32,000 nt of DNA, taken from positions 330,001-362,000 of the forward strand of contig NZ_CP046577.1 in the NCBI RefSeq assembly GCF_013365435.1, written 5' to 3'. Made by a program: the position numbers and the translations under genes. This document shows positions 21,323 through 30,811 of this stretch, piece by piece. The DNA is from Wolbachia endosymbiont of Litomosoides sigmodontis (GTDB taxonomy: Bacteria; Pseudomonadota; Alphaproteobacteria; Rickettsiales; Anaplasmataceae). A model generated the notes under the pieces. That model was not told where the DNA came from. It made no database searches and saw only the letters and a program-made list of their open reading frames with translations. The stretch's first letter is position 1, and each line of letters opens with the position of its first letter.

Positions 21323-22147
21323 ATGAAAGAACAAAAAACACAAGCTTTCAAATGGTTCTGTGTACTAAGGGATAGAATTGTTGAGTCTTTTTTGTTAATT
21401 GAAAGGCAGTCGCCTACAGGTCCCAAAATTGAAAGAAGGAAATGGAATCGTCCAGGTGGTGGTGGAGGGGAATCTACAATTATCTATGGTAACATCTTTG
21501 AGAAAGTGGGAGTAAACGTTTCAGAGGTATATGGAAAATTTACAGATTCAGTTATAGATGAAATTCCTGGTGCAAGTGAGAGTAATGGAGAGTTTTGGGC
21601 AAGTGGTATATCTTTAGTGTCTCACATGCAATCGCCACTTATTCCTGCAGCACACATGAACACAAGGTTGATGTATACATCAAAACAATGGTTCGGTGGG
21701 GGGATGGACTTTACTCCAGCATATAAAAACGAAAAAGATTATAAGTACATCCATGGATCAATCAAAATGACATGTGATAAATTTGATGTTGAATATTATC
21801 CAAAATTCAAGAAACAGTGTGACAGATATTTTTTCTTGCGACACAGAAAAGAGCCACGTGGTATTGGCGGGATCTTTTACGATAATCTTAATTCTGGTAG
21901 ATGGGAAAATGATTTTGAGTTTACAAAAGCAGTAGGTAAAAATTTTTTGGAAATTTATTTACATATTGTACGTCAACATATGCACAAGCCTTGGACGAAA
22001 GAACAACGAGAGGCCCAATTAATAAAACGCGGCAGGTATGTAGAATTTAATCTGTTATATGACCGTGGCACAAAGTTTGGTTTAATGACAAATGGTAATC
22101 CAGATGCAATTATGATGTCAATGCCACCTCTTGTTAAGTGGATGTAG
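21323..22147 (+). CDS. hemF: Oxygen-dependent coproporphyrinogen III oxidase
   Basis: 274 aa with RPGGGGGES, ..SLVSHMQSPLIPAAHMNTR.. and RGIGGIFYD motifs characteristic of HemF. Confidence 0.9.
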   Translation: MKEQKTQAFKWFCVLRDRIVESFLLIERQSPTGPKIERRKWNRPGGGGGESTIIYGNIFEKVGVNVSEVYGKFTDSVIDEIPGASESNGEFWASGISLVSHMQSPLIPAAHMNTRLMYTSKQWFGGGMDFTPAYKNEKDYKYIHGSIKMTCDKFDVEYYPKFKKQCDRYFFLRHRKEPRGIGGIFYDNLNSGRWENDFEFTKAVGKNFLEIYLHIVRQHMHKPWTKEQREAQLIKRGRYVEFNLLYDRGTKFGLMTNGNPDAIMMSMPPLVKWM

Positions 22148-22342
22148 AGAGCTATCGGACGTAAAGGGTTGCTATTAAAAGTAGTAATATAAAAATTTTG
22201 AAACTAGCTTTAATCAATCCTTTTAGCAATATAAGGTCATTTAATATAAATAATAGCAAGTTTTAGCTGTGCTTTAGGGGTACATAGTGAAGAATTTTGA
22301 TTGTGATTTATTTATACTAGTTTTGATTATTAATAAATCAAA

Positions 22343-22515
22343 AGAGTTTAATCTTATTGGGAGGTTTTAATTGTATATAAAATAGAATGTTTTGCATAAT
22401 AAAGTATATAATACAATTATTATGTTCGAGAGCACTTTGTGCAAACTTATTACCTCTCTTTTTTATCACAATTAAATAATTCTGCAATACCACTTATTTG
22501 GTTTACTAATAATCC
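22343..22515 (+). mobile_element. IS630-like element, solo 3'-terminal fragment
   Basis: ..AATGTTTTGCATAATAAAGTATATAATACAATT...GAGAGCACTTTGTGCAAACTTATTACCTCTC... is collinear with the last ~170 bp of A7a. The terminal repeat itself is eroded. Confidence 0.65.
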
Positions 22516-22673
22516 TTAGCCTTAAAAAGGAAGACATTATCATGTTTTTTAGTTGCATTACGTTGTAAATATAGTGACTTTGTTTTAGATTATAAGCTTA
22601 AAGTTCAGTCTACTAAAAAAACTACCATAACTGCAAGCAGAAGACTGACTACTTGTACTCTTGGCGCCTTAAA

Positions 22674-22745
22674 TGACTCTTACGGGACTTGAACCCGTGT
22701 TACCACCGTGAAAGGGTGGTGTCCTAACCACTAGACGAAAGAGTC
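22674..22745 (-). tRNA. tRNA-Glu (anticodon UUC)
   Basis: Hand-folded cloverleaf: acceptor GACTCTT/AAGAGTC, D stem GTCT/GGAC, anticodon stem CCACC/GGTGG with loop CTTTCAC, T arm ACGGG-TTCAAGT-CCCGT, discriminator A. CCA is not encoded. Confidence 0.9.
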
Positions 22746-22881
22746 AGTGTGAATTAGTTAAATTATACTGATTATGCATATGAAGTCAATTCAATTATTT
22801 TGAAACATAAAAACCTTTTTCTTCCATATTCAATATTCATCGAATTTACTTTAAAATTAGAAGTTTTGGCTCTCTATTTTT

Positions 22882-23523
22882 ATACTAGTTCTCATTGTTA
22901 GTAGGCAAATAAGTGGCATTGCAAAGTTATTTGATTGCAGAGTGAGAAAAAGAGAAATAATAGATTTGTACAAAGCGTTTTCAAGCAAAGCAATTATATT
23001 ATACACTTTATTATGTATAATGTTCTGTTTTATATACAACCAAAATCTCTTAATAAGATTGAGCCAAGGTGAGTGTGGTAGCAGTTACATAATCTCAATA
23101 TTTTTAGATACGTTTAAATTTTTTGGCTTATACCAACTAGCACAATTCATGACAAGGAAAGCTTCTCAAATCAACCGTGGTCCAATTTTCGAATGTGTGC
23201 AAAATTACGATTCATCAAAGATGAATAATTATTGTTCAGGATGCTTACTAATAGTTTCATTTAGCTTTATCTTGTTGTTGTGAATTAGTCTTGTCGTAAT
23301 ATACGAAAACTTAATTTTTTGCATATTCCGATGTGCTGTAGACTTGCTGATATTCAAGCTGAATTTTTCTTGGATTATCATTTCATGAATGATAATATTA
23401 GAATTTTCTTATGTTCATACTTTAACTTATTTAAATTGACTTAGTTCAATCTAGTTTTTCTACGATGTTGAGTAGGAGTAAGTAATTTTGCTTCTCTTTC
23501 AAATTTAGGTACTTATATCCATA
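22882..23523 (-). mobile_element. IS630-like element, copy A6a (3' two-thirds, inverted); best-preserved DDE-domain relic
   Basis: The reverse complement translates, with frame hops, to ..LFIFDES.., ..LVMNCASWYKPKNLNVSKNIEIM.LLPHSPWLNLIKRFWLYIKQNI... Confidence 0.75.
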
Positions 23524-23655
23524 TAAAGTCTATAATATAGTTGCTTTACTTGAGAGCGCTTTATGTAAGCTTATTACCTCTCTCTTTTTTACTCTACAAT
23601 TAAATAATTCTGCAATGTTATTTATTTACCTAGCTAATAATAAGGATTGGTATCA
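23524..23655 (+). mobile_element. IS630-like element, copy A6b (3'-terminal ~130 bp, forward), abutting A6a
   Basis: ATAAAGTCTATAATATAGTTGCTTTACTTGAGAGCGC...GGATTGGTATCAC. Confidence 0.65.
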
Positions 23656-23747
23656 CTTTTCCAAAGTATTTTTTTACTCTGGGATTTTTTAGGAATGGAA
23701 AAGTGGTAAATATATTAGTATATATTCTCTAGTGCTCTACTTTTCTT

Positions 23748-24941
23748 TTAAAAAGTACTAGTCTTTTTTCTACCATGCTTAATTTTTAGTGCACTTAGCC
23801 TTCTAGAAACTTTTTTACTGCTACGTTTCTTAAATTGTACATTATAATCAAAATTTAGCTCTCCTTTTTTATCTGTTAGTGCAGGTAGCCTTTTTTTATC
23901 TTGAGGGGTAATAAAGGATAGTGCGTACCCTTTAGCTCCAGCACGTGCAGTTCTACCTATGCGGTGAATATAGTCAGCTTGCGATTGTGGTGCGTCATAA
24001 TTAATAACATGTTGGATATGGGAGATATCAAGACCTCGAGAAGCAATATCTGTTGCAACCATAATTTGATTATTGCCATGACGAAAAGAATTAATAACTC
24101 TCTCGCGTTTGTGCTGCTGCAAGTCACCATGAATTGCCAAAGCACTATGGTTATCCTTGCGCAATTTGTAAGCCAGTTGATCTGCTCCTTGCTTTGTCTT
24201 GACAAAAATAATGGTCGATCCTTCACGTTGACGTAATTGTGTAACAAGCTTTCCATACTTTTCTGACTCTAATGCATAAACAATTTCTTGCTTGATCTTT
24301 GCAGGAGTTGTAGCTTCATTTCCAACAGAAATACGTTCTGGGTGATTCAAGTACTTCTCAGCAAGTTTAACTATATTATCAGGAAGAGATGCGGAAAACA
24401 TAAGGGTTTGCCGCATTTTTGGAAGATATTTCATAATCTCTTCAATTTGAATTCTGAAACCCATATCAAGCATACGATCTGTTTCATCAAGTACAAGAGT
24501 GCTAACATTACCAGTCATCAGAGTTTTGCGTTCAATATGGTCTATAATACGGCCAGGGGTGCCTATTATAATTTGTGGGCTTCTCTGAAGCTGACCTAGC
24601 TGCCTGAAAATAGGCTCACCACCAATTAATAAAGCAATCTTTAGCACAGAGTTTTGAAACAAAAGCTTCCTTATTTCATTCATTACCTGCTGTGCAAGCT
24701 CTCTGGTTGGTACGATAACTAAAGCTGAACTAACGTCAAACTCACCTAATAACTTAGCAATTAATGGAATAGCAAACGCCAAAGTTTTCCCAGTTCCAGT
24801 TTGAGCAGAGCCAAGGATATCTTTACCCTTTAAAGCTAAGGGAATTGCCTGTGCTTGAATTGGAGTTGGAACAGAAAGACTATTTTTATCTAGAGCTTGT
24901 CCAAGCAATAGTGGAAGCCCCATTTCGTAAAAATCGTTCAC
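23748..24941 (-). CDS. DEAD-box (DExD) ATP-dependent RNA helicase, RhlE-like
   Basis: 397 aa. Q-motif PTPIQ, motif I AQTGTGKT, PTRELA, TPGR, motif II VLDETDRM (DETD rather than DEAD), motif III SAS, motif VI HRIGRTARAG, and a basic C-tail. Confidence 0.9.
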   Translation of the reverse strand: MNDFYEMGLPLLLGQALDKNSLSVPTPIQAQAIPLALKGKDILGSAQTGTGKTLAFAIPLIAKLLGEFDVSSALVIVPTRELAQQVMNEIRKLLFQNSVLKIALLIGGEPIFRQLGQLQRSPQIIIGTPGRIIDHIERKTLMTGNVSTLVLDETDRMLDMGFRIQIEEIMKYLPKMRQTLMFSASLPDNIVKLAEKYLNHPERISVGNEATTPAKIKQEIVYALESEKYGKLVTQLRQREGSTIIFVKTKQGADQLAYKLRKDNHSALAIHGDLQQHKRERVINSFRHGNNQIMVATDIASRGLDISHIQHVINYDAPQSQADYIHRIGRTARAGAKGYALSFITPQDKKRLPALTDKKGELNFDYNVQFKKRSSKKVSRRLSALKIKHGRKKTSTF

Positions 24942-24984
24942 AATATATCAGCTTTACTAAAAACTTTTATTATCGGAACGCAAA

Positions 24985-25239
24985 TTAATCTCCTAACAAC
25001 TTCAAATTTATTGCAGATTTTTTTCCTTCTCCGTTTCTACCGCGCTCTTCTTTAAGCTCATAGCTTACTCTTTCTCCTTTTATTCCCCTTTCCTTATTTT
25101 CTCCTCTAAGTGAATCAGGTCTTATTCCTGAGCGTTCTAGCGTGCTGATATGTACAAAAACATCACTGCCATTAACTTCTGGCTTAATAAAACCATAACC
25201 TTTTTCAGCATTAAACCACTTTATATTACCGAATTCCAT
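24985..25239 (-). CDS. Cold-shock-domain protein with an extended C-terminal half
   Basis: Preferred start is [18 protein letters not shown] (RNP1) with GGGAG 9 nt upstream; the ORF track starts 7 codons earlier. VFVHIS is RNP2. About 84 aa, with a Gly/Glu/Arg/Lys-rich insertion. Confidence 0.85.
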   Translation of the reverse strand: MEFGNIKWFNAEKGYGFIKPEVNGSDVFVHISTLERSGIRPDSLRGENKERGIKGERVSYELKEERGRNGEGKKSAINLKLLGD

Positions 25240-25376
25240 TAAAAAAACTCCCAAATTCATTAACTAACATTACTAATGTGATGAAAAACTTTGAAATTAT
25301 AATTGAGAATGCCTAAAGCTTAGTTGCTGAAATCAAACTTCCATATTTCATAGTCTATTCTTAACATTACACAACT

Positions 25377-25405
25377 ATAATACATAATTGTTATACTTGA
25401 TGCAA
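25377..25405 (-). promoter_or_regulatory. Candidate sigma70-type promoter for the csp gene
   Basis: On the minus strand: TTGCAT (25405-25400), 17-nt spacer, TATTAT (25382-25377). This implies a 5' UTR of about 130 nt. Confidence 0.35.
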
Positions 25406-25414
25406 CTAAATTTT

Positions 25415-26749
25415 TTAATTATTAAGCGAACCTGCAACTGTCATTTCACTAACTTTAATTGTTGGTGAATTAAATTGCCCACAGAAGGTTAGATCGTCCG
25501 CGATGACTAAGTTGCTAAACATTTTTTTTAAATTGCTGGCAATAGTAATCTCGTGTATTGGGTACGTTATTTTGCCATTTTCTATGAAAAATCCTGATGC
25601 ACCTTGACTGTAATCACCATTGATTAAATTGATACCAAAACCAAATAAATCAGTTATATATATTCCCTCTTTCACTTCTTCAATTAATTCTTTAACTGAT
25701 ATATTACCATTTTCGACGTAAAGGTTGCTAGCTGCAGGAATAATTGCAGCATTACTCGCACGAGTTGCGTTTCCAGTTGTTTCTAAGTTTAACTTTTTAG
25801 CCGAGTATAGATCTAAAATCCAATTTTGTAGTACTCCGTTTTTTACAAATATGTTTTTTCTGCTAGTTATTCCTTCTCCATCAAATGGTCTTGATTCTAT
25901 TCCCCTTGGTAATAATGGGTCATCAATAATGTTGATTCTATCATTAAAAATCTGAGTATTTAAACTATTTCTCAAGAAAGAGCTGTTATTCACAATGCTG
26001 CTGCCGTTTATAGCAGAAGCAAAACTTCTTATTAGCTCTTTTGCTGCTCTTTTTTCAAAAATAACTGGAAATTTACCAGTTTTAATTGTGCGTGAATTCA
26101 ATTGATCAATTGCTCTTTTTGCTGCTTCTTTTCCTATTAACTCTGGCAATTTCAAATCACCAAAGTTACATGCTATATCGTAATCATAGCCAACCTTCAT
26201 CTCACTTTCCCTTCCAGCAACAACAGAAACATGATTAGCAAAAGTTGATTTACTAAATGAGCCAATAAAACCAGAGACAGTAGATAATACTGTATTTACT
26301 AAAATATGTAAAGAAGAGGCTCCTTCAGAATTAATGATATTTTTATGTGCAAGAGCTGAGTTTTCTGCAATTTTAACAATTTCTTTTAAATTATCAATAG
26401 TTACAATATTATTATCTAAGATACCTAAATCTTTAGAAGATGTACAACTATCTCTATCTATGGTAAAATTAACGCAAGGATCTTCTTGTGCATTTTTTGC
26501 CATTTCTACTACTTTATTTACCGTGTCACTAAGATTATTTAAATCGTTTGTCGAAATATATGCAGCTTTTGTTTTACCTGCTATAGCTCTAATCCCTATA
26601 GTGCAATTCTTAGATTGTGATATTTGTTCAATTTTTGATAGGCGTTGAGAAACCAAGATTTTGTTAGTGTCATATATTACAACCTCTGCGTCTTGGTTTT
26701 GCTTTTTTATTAATTTAGTTATGTCTGCTGCAATATTTAATATATTCAT
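25415..26749 (-). CDS. pmbA: PmbA/TldE-family metalloprotease component
   Basis: 444 aa with overall PmbA/TldD-family architecture. The C-terminal ..GDYSQGASGFFIENGKI..P.. block is typical. Confidence 0.85.
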   Translation of the reverse strand: MNILNIAADITKLIKKQNQDAEVVIYDTNKILVSQRLSKIEQISQSKNCTIGIRAIAGKTKAAYISTNDLNNLSDTVNKVVEMAKNAQEDPCVNFTIDRDSCTSSKDLGILDNNIVTIDNLKEIVKIAENSALAHKNIINSEGASSLHILVNTVLSTVSGFIGSFSKSTFANHVSVVAGRESEMKVGYDYDIACNFGDLKLPELIGKEAAKRAIDQLNSRTIKTGKFPVIFEKRAAKELIRSFASAINGSSIVNNSSFLRNSLNTQIFNDRINIIDDPLLPRGIESRPFDGEGITSRKNIFVKNGVLQNWILDLYSAKKLNLETTGNATRASNAAIIPAASNLYVENGNISVKELIEEVKEGIYITDLFGFGINLINGDYSQGASGFFIENGKITYPIHEITIASNLKKMFSNLVIADDLTFCGQFNSPTIKVSEMTVAGSLNN

Positions 26750-26766
26750 TTTTGTTCATGAAGCTT

Positions 26767-27639
26767 CTATAAAGATTCTGCACCACCTATCACTTCGATT
26801 AAGTCAGTTGTAATCGCTGCTTGACGAGAACGATTGTAAAGTAATGCCAGATTATTTAGCATTTCCTTAGTATTTCTATTCGCAGATTCCATAGCAAACA
26901 TTCTAGCACTATTCTCACTTGCTGCACTTTCAAGTAAAGCAGAGTAAAGGGCAGCTACAACGTAATTTTGGATCAAAGATCGTAAAATAAATTCAGTATT
27001 TGGTGGTTCATATTCGTAGTTATAGCCGATTGTTGAATTGGTTAGAGAATCATCAATCAAAGATGAATTTTTACTCCATGGTTTTATCATTTCCAAAATT
27101 GGCTTCTGTGTGAAAGTATTGTAAAATTTGTTGTAAAAAACTTTAACCTTATCATATTTATTAAGATCCATACTATCAACTAAAGCTTCTATACGTTTTA
27201 GCGTAACCTCTTTACTATTTACAATTTTTAAAATGCTTTTAGAGTCGAACCTATTTTTACCTATATCAAAAGCTTTTTTACCAAGAAATACGATATCTAC
27301 TCCTTTACCACTCGCAATCAACTTATTTACGTGCTCTTGGCTAGATTTTATAATAGAGGAATTAAAATTGCTACATAAGCCACGATCAGATGCAATGATA
27401 AATACTAGATAAGAATCATTATCACCAGTATTGAAGATTTTTGCCAATAATTCCTGGTCTGTTGATAATATTAGTGAAGAAATGATGCTATGCAGCTTAG
27501 ATATATACAATTTTGAACTTGATAACTTTTTTTGGCTCTGTAGTAACTTTGCTGCAGAGACCATTTGCATTATTTTCGTAGTTTTCTGTACAGACCTAAT
27601 ATTCTTAATTCTTAAAGATAATTCCTTTAAGCTCTTCAT
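26767..27639 (-). CDS. atpG: F1 ATP synthase gamma subunit
   Basis: 290 aa. N-terminus [32 protein letters not shown] and C-terminus ..[22 protein letters not shown] are both classic gamma termini. Confidence 0.92.
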   Translation of the reverse strand: MKSLKELSLRIKNIRSVQKTTKIMQMVSAAKLLQSQKKLSSSKLYISKLHSIISSLILSTDQELLAKIFNTGDNDSYLVFIIASDRGLCSNFNSSIIKSSQEHVNKLIASGKGVDIVFLGKKAFDIGKNRFDSKSILKIVNSKEVTLKRIEALVDSMDLNKYDKVKVFYNKFYNTFTQKPILEMIKPWSKNSSLIDDSLTNSTIGYNYEYEPPNTEFILRSLIQNYVVAALYSALLESAASENSARMFAMESANRNTKEMLNNLALLYNRSRQAAITTDLIEVIGGAESL

Positions 27640-27721
27640 TTTAAATACAACTCTGATTTATTAAAAATATATAATTATTCATGTTAAAAAGCAAGTTCTT
27701 TTGATGTGAAGAGATATAAGT

Positions 27722-28714
27722 TTTTCACATCTCTCTTTTATACACTATGATTAAGGAATGAATAGACAATAATGAAAAAGAAGCGTACTGAAGTTAAGTA
27801 AAATAGCAAGGGTTAAATGGCATTAAAATCAAGATTATTGGATGAAGAAATTTCGTAGAGTTAACATAAAGAAATGCTAATGCTGTGGGTGTGGCAAAGA
27901 AGTACAATATAACAGCCGTAGCAAAATGCGTTACATTTCAGAACAGCATTGACTACATGGATAAAGCACCTAAAATTAGAAAAGGAAAAAAATTGTTTAC
28001 TTCTCCTCAATATCATAGAAAGACTAGATTGAATCAGAGTTAATTTAAACAAGTTGAAGTATAGATACAAGAAAGCCCTGATATTATTATTAAAGAGATA
28101 AGAATCCAGAAAAATTTAACTTAAATGTCAGTAAATCTATAGTATACCTTGAATGTGTGAAAAATGAAGTTTCGTATATTACGTAAAGGTCAATTTATAA
28201 TGAATAAGATGAAAATAGTCAAGAAGAGTCATCCATCTTCGAAAATTGAAAATGGGTGATTTAAAGAGGGCGTTAAAACATAAGTTAAAGTAAAATTAGG
28301 TAGAAAAATTTTGTCTCTATAGTGCAGTTAATCCTAGAAATAGAGAACATTATAGCTTATTTATACCGAATATAAACACTAATTCTACAAATATATTTCT
28401 TGAGCGAATGTCGCTATATTTAAGAATAGGAGTAGCCTTTCTTTTCATAAATTGTGTTAGTTAGCATAAGTTAAAAAATTTAAAAGTATCTAAAAATATT
28501 GGGATTATATACCTACCACCATACTCATCGAGCTCAATCTCATTAAAAAACTTTGGTTGTATATGAAAAGGAACATTTTGCATAATAAAATCCATAATAC
28601 AATTGCTTTGCTTGAGGGTAGTTTGTGTAAATTTATTACCTCTCTTTTTCTTCCGCAATCAAACAGCTCTGCAATGTTACTTGTTTGACTCACTAAATGA
28701 GAATTGTTATTACC
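27722..28714 (+). mobile_element. IS630-like element, copy A7a (most complete forward copy, about 1 kb)
   Basis: ..AATAGACAATAATGAAAAAGAAG.. to ..AATGAGAATTGTTATTACC. Frame-hopping translation shows HTH-like and DDE relics (..GVAKKYNIT.., ..RLD.IRVNLNKLKY.., ..ILIELNLIKKLWLYMKRNI..). Confidence 0.8.
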
Positions 28715-28749
28715 AATAGTCTTAATTAACTTTTTTTAAGTCTTCCTGA

Positions 28750-29049
28750 CTATTTTTATCTTGTTCATTATAAATTGACCTTTGCATGATATACGAAAAC
28801 TTCATTTTTTACACGTTCAAGGTATACTATAGACCTGCTAACATTTGAGTTAAATTTTTCTAGATTCTTATCTCTTTAATGATAATATCAGGGCTTTCTT
28901 GTATCTATACTTCAACTTATTTAAATTAACTCTAATTCAATCTAGTCTTTCTATGATATTGAGGAGAAATAAACAATTTTTTTCCTTCCACAATTTTTAG
29001 GTGCTTTATCCATATAGTCAATGCTGTTCTGAAATATAACACATTTTTG
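28750..29049 (-). mobile_element. IS630-like element, copy A7b (internal 300-bp fragment, inverted)
   Basis: Reverse complement of the segment corresponding to 27921-28218 of A7a. Confidence 0.7.
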
Positions 29050-29061
29050 TTAAAGATATCT

Positions 29062-29330
29062 CCTATGGTAGAAGTTGCTCGCTCTCTGATTCTGCAAATC
29101 AACATGCTATACTTTAAACGCTTTATGAGTGTGTTTCAGCTTATATAGGGAAAAATCTAGAAGTGTTGCAAAGTTATAAGGTACACATAGTGCAAAAAAT
29201 TAAACATAAGAGGATAATTGCATGATACCTCGTTGTTTAATAAACTGTACAGTTGAGGATAACTGGAAATATCTTCATGGACTAAAATGGAGAGCTGTCG
29301 AGTTTATCAAGTAATTTTTTTGTATTTCTG
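29062..29330 (+). repeat. Repeat family B, copy B2 (5' of purA)
   Basis: Aligns by eye with the reverse complement of 6722-6945 (see B1). Confidence 0.6.
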
Positions 29331-29503
29331 CAAGCTACTTGAATTTTTGAAATCACGATATTCTTACAGATGTGGGCTAAGTGTCACTAAGATGATTCTA
29401 ATAATTGTTAAAAGAATTGCTAAAATCTAGAAATTCAGAACATTACTCCTTGTCATTTGCAGAGTACTGCATTAATATTTGCATGTTAACTCAGAAGATG
29501 TTG

Positions 29504-30811
29504 ATGAATAATATTGTAATTATTGGCCTACAGTGGGGCGATGAAGGTAAAGGTAAAGTGGTAGATTATCTTTCCGAGAATGCAGATGTGGTTGTAAGAT
29601 TTCAAGGAGGAAATAATGCAGGACATACCATAGTAATAGATGATGAAGTTTATAAATTAAATTTACTGCCTTCCGCTGTTTTAAGGGCAGGTAAAATATC
29701 CATAATAGGGAATGGCGTTGCCCTTGATCCATATGCTCTAATTTCAGAGATAGAGTCGTTGAAAATTAAAAGAATGAATATCGATCCTCATAATTTAATG
29801 ATATCGGAAAGCTGCCCATTAGTACTTAGTGTACATAAAGAAAAGGAGAAACTGTTTGAAAATCTAAATAAAAATTACAAAATTGGCACAACAAATAAAG
29901 GGATAGGGCCATGTTACGAAGATAAAGTTGGGAGAAGAGCTATACGCCTTTGTGACTTAGAAGATGCAGATGAACTTAACAAAAGGTTAGATACTCTCTT
30001 AAATTACCACAATACTATCAGGAAAGGCCTAAGCTGTCGGGTGATAAAGAAAGAAAAAATATTAAGGGAAATTAAAGAGATTGCAGAAAAAATCCTTCCA
30101 TATAGGAAGCCAGTTTGGAAAATATTAGGTAATCTTGTGAAAGAAGGTAAGAAAATAATATTTGAAGGAGCCCAAGGGACTTTTTTAGACATTGATCATG
30201 GAACCTATCCTTTTGTTACTTCAAGTAATACCATAGTATCACAAGCAATGACAGGCTCCGGATTATCCTCTAATGCTTATGTTATTGGTGTAGTAAAAGC
30301 TTACACAACAAGAGTAGGCAATGGCCCATTTCCTACTGAGCAAAAAAATGAAATAGGAAATAGCTTATTCACTATAGGCAAGGAGCTTGGAACAGTAAGC
30401 AATAGAAAAAGGCGCTGTGGATGGCTTGATGCAGTTTTAGTACGACAAGCAGTACAACTTTCTGGAGTTTCAGGCATTGTATTAACTAAATTAGATGTCC
30501 TTGATTCTCTTGATAAAATTAAGATATGTACTGGTTATCAGTACAGTGGAAAAATGTATGATTATTTGTCTGCATCACATTCAATTCAAGAAGAATTAGA
30601 GCCAATATATGAAGAATTTCCTGGTTGGAAAAAAAGTACTAGAGGTGAAAAATTAGCTGAGAAATTGCCTATTAACTTGGTGAAATATATAAGAAGAGTG
30701 GAAGAATTAGTAGGTATACCGATTCATCTAATTTCGACCGGTCCAAAACGAGAGGATATTATTAAGCTTAAAGATTTTGAATTTTCTGAGGGTGTTTTTG
30801 TATCTTATTAA
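29504..30811 (+). CDS. purA: Adenylosuccinate synthetase
   Basis: MNNIVIIGLQWGDEGKGKVVD.. is the canonical N-terminus, with GGNNAGHT and a TTNKGIGP region. The ORF is open from TTG 29405, but that extension has no PurA counterpart. ATG 29498 is an alternative start. Confidence 0.93.
   Translation: MNNIVIIGLQWGDEGKGKVVDYLSENADVVVRFQGGNNAGHTIVIDDEVYKLNLLPSAVLRAGKISIIGNGVALDPYALISEIESLKIKRMNIDPHNLMISESCPLVLSVHKEKEKLFENLNKNYKIGTTNKGIGPCYEDKVGRRAIRLCDLEDADELNKRLDTLLNYHNTIRKGLSCRVIKKEKILREIKEIAEKILPYRKPVWKILGNLVKEGKKIIFEGAQGTFLDIDHGTYPFVTSSNTIVSQAMTGSGLSSNAYVIGVVKAYTTRVGNGPFPTEQKNEIGNSLFTIGKELGTVSNRKRRCGWLDAVLVRQAVQLSGVSGIVLTKLDVLDSLDKIKICTGYQYSGKMYDYLSASHSIQEELEPIYEEFPGWKKSTRGEKLAEKLPINLVKYIRRVEELVGIPIHLISTGPKREDIIKLKDFEFSEGVFVSY

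Noticed and set aside
23957-24599. ORFs 23957-24256(-, other frame), 23964-24236(+) and 24288-24599(+) inside the helicase gene
   Set aside because: They overlap a gene with all helicase motifs in a single frame, so they are shadows.
25725-27664. + strand ORFs inside pmbA (25725-25955, 26334-26648) and atpG (27431-27664)
   Set aside because: Antisense to well-supported genes.
27703-27731. Hairpin GATGTGAA-N13-TTCACATC followed by a T-rich run, upstream of atpG
   Set aside because: On the strand where the T-run follows it there is no upstream gene to terminate. The stem is short and AT-rich, and it overlaps the eroded 5' end of IS copy A7a.
29405-29503. 33-codon N-terminal extension of purA from TTG 29405
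   Set aside because: The extension (MLKELLKSRNSEHYSLSFAEY..) has no counterpart in PurA. The canonical N-terminus MNNIVIIGLQWGDEGKGK starts at 29504.
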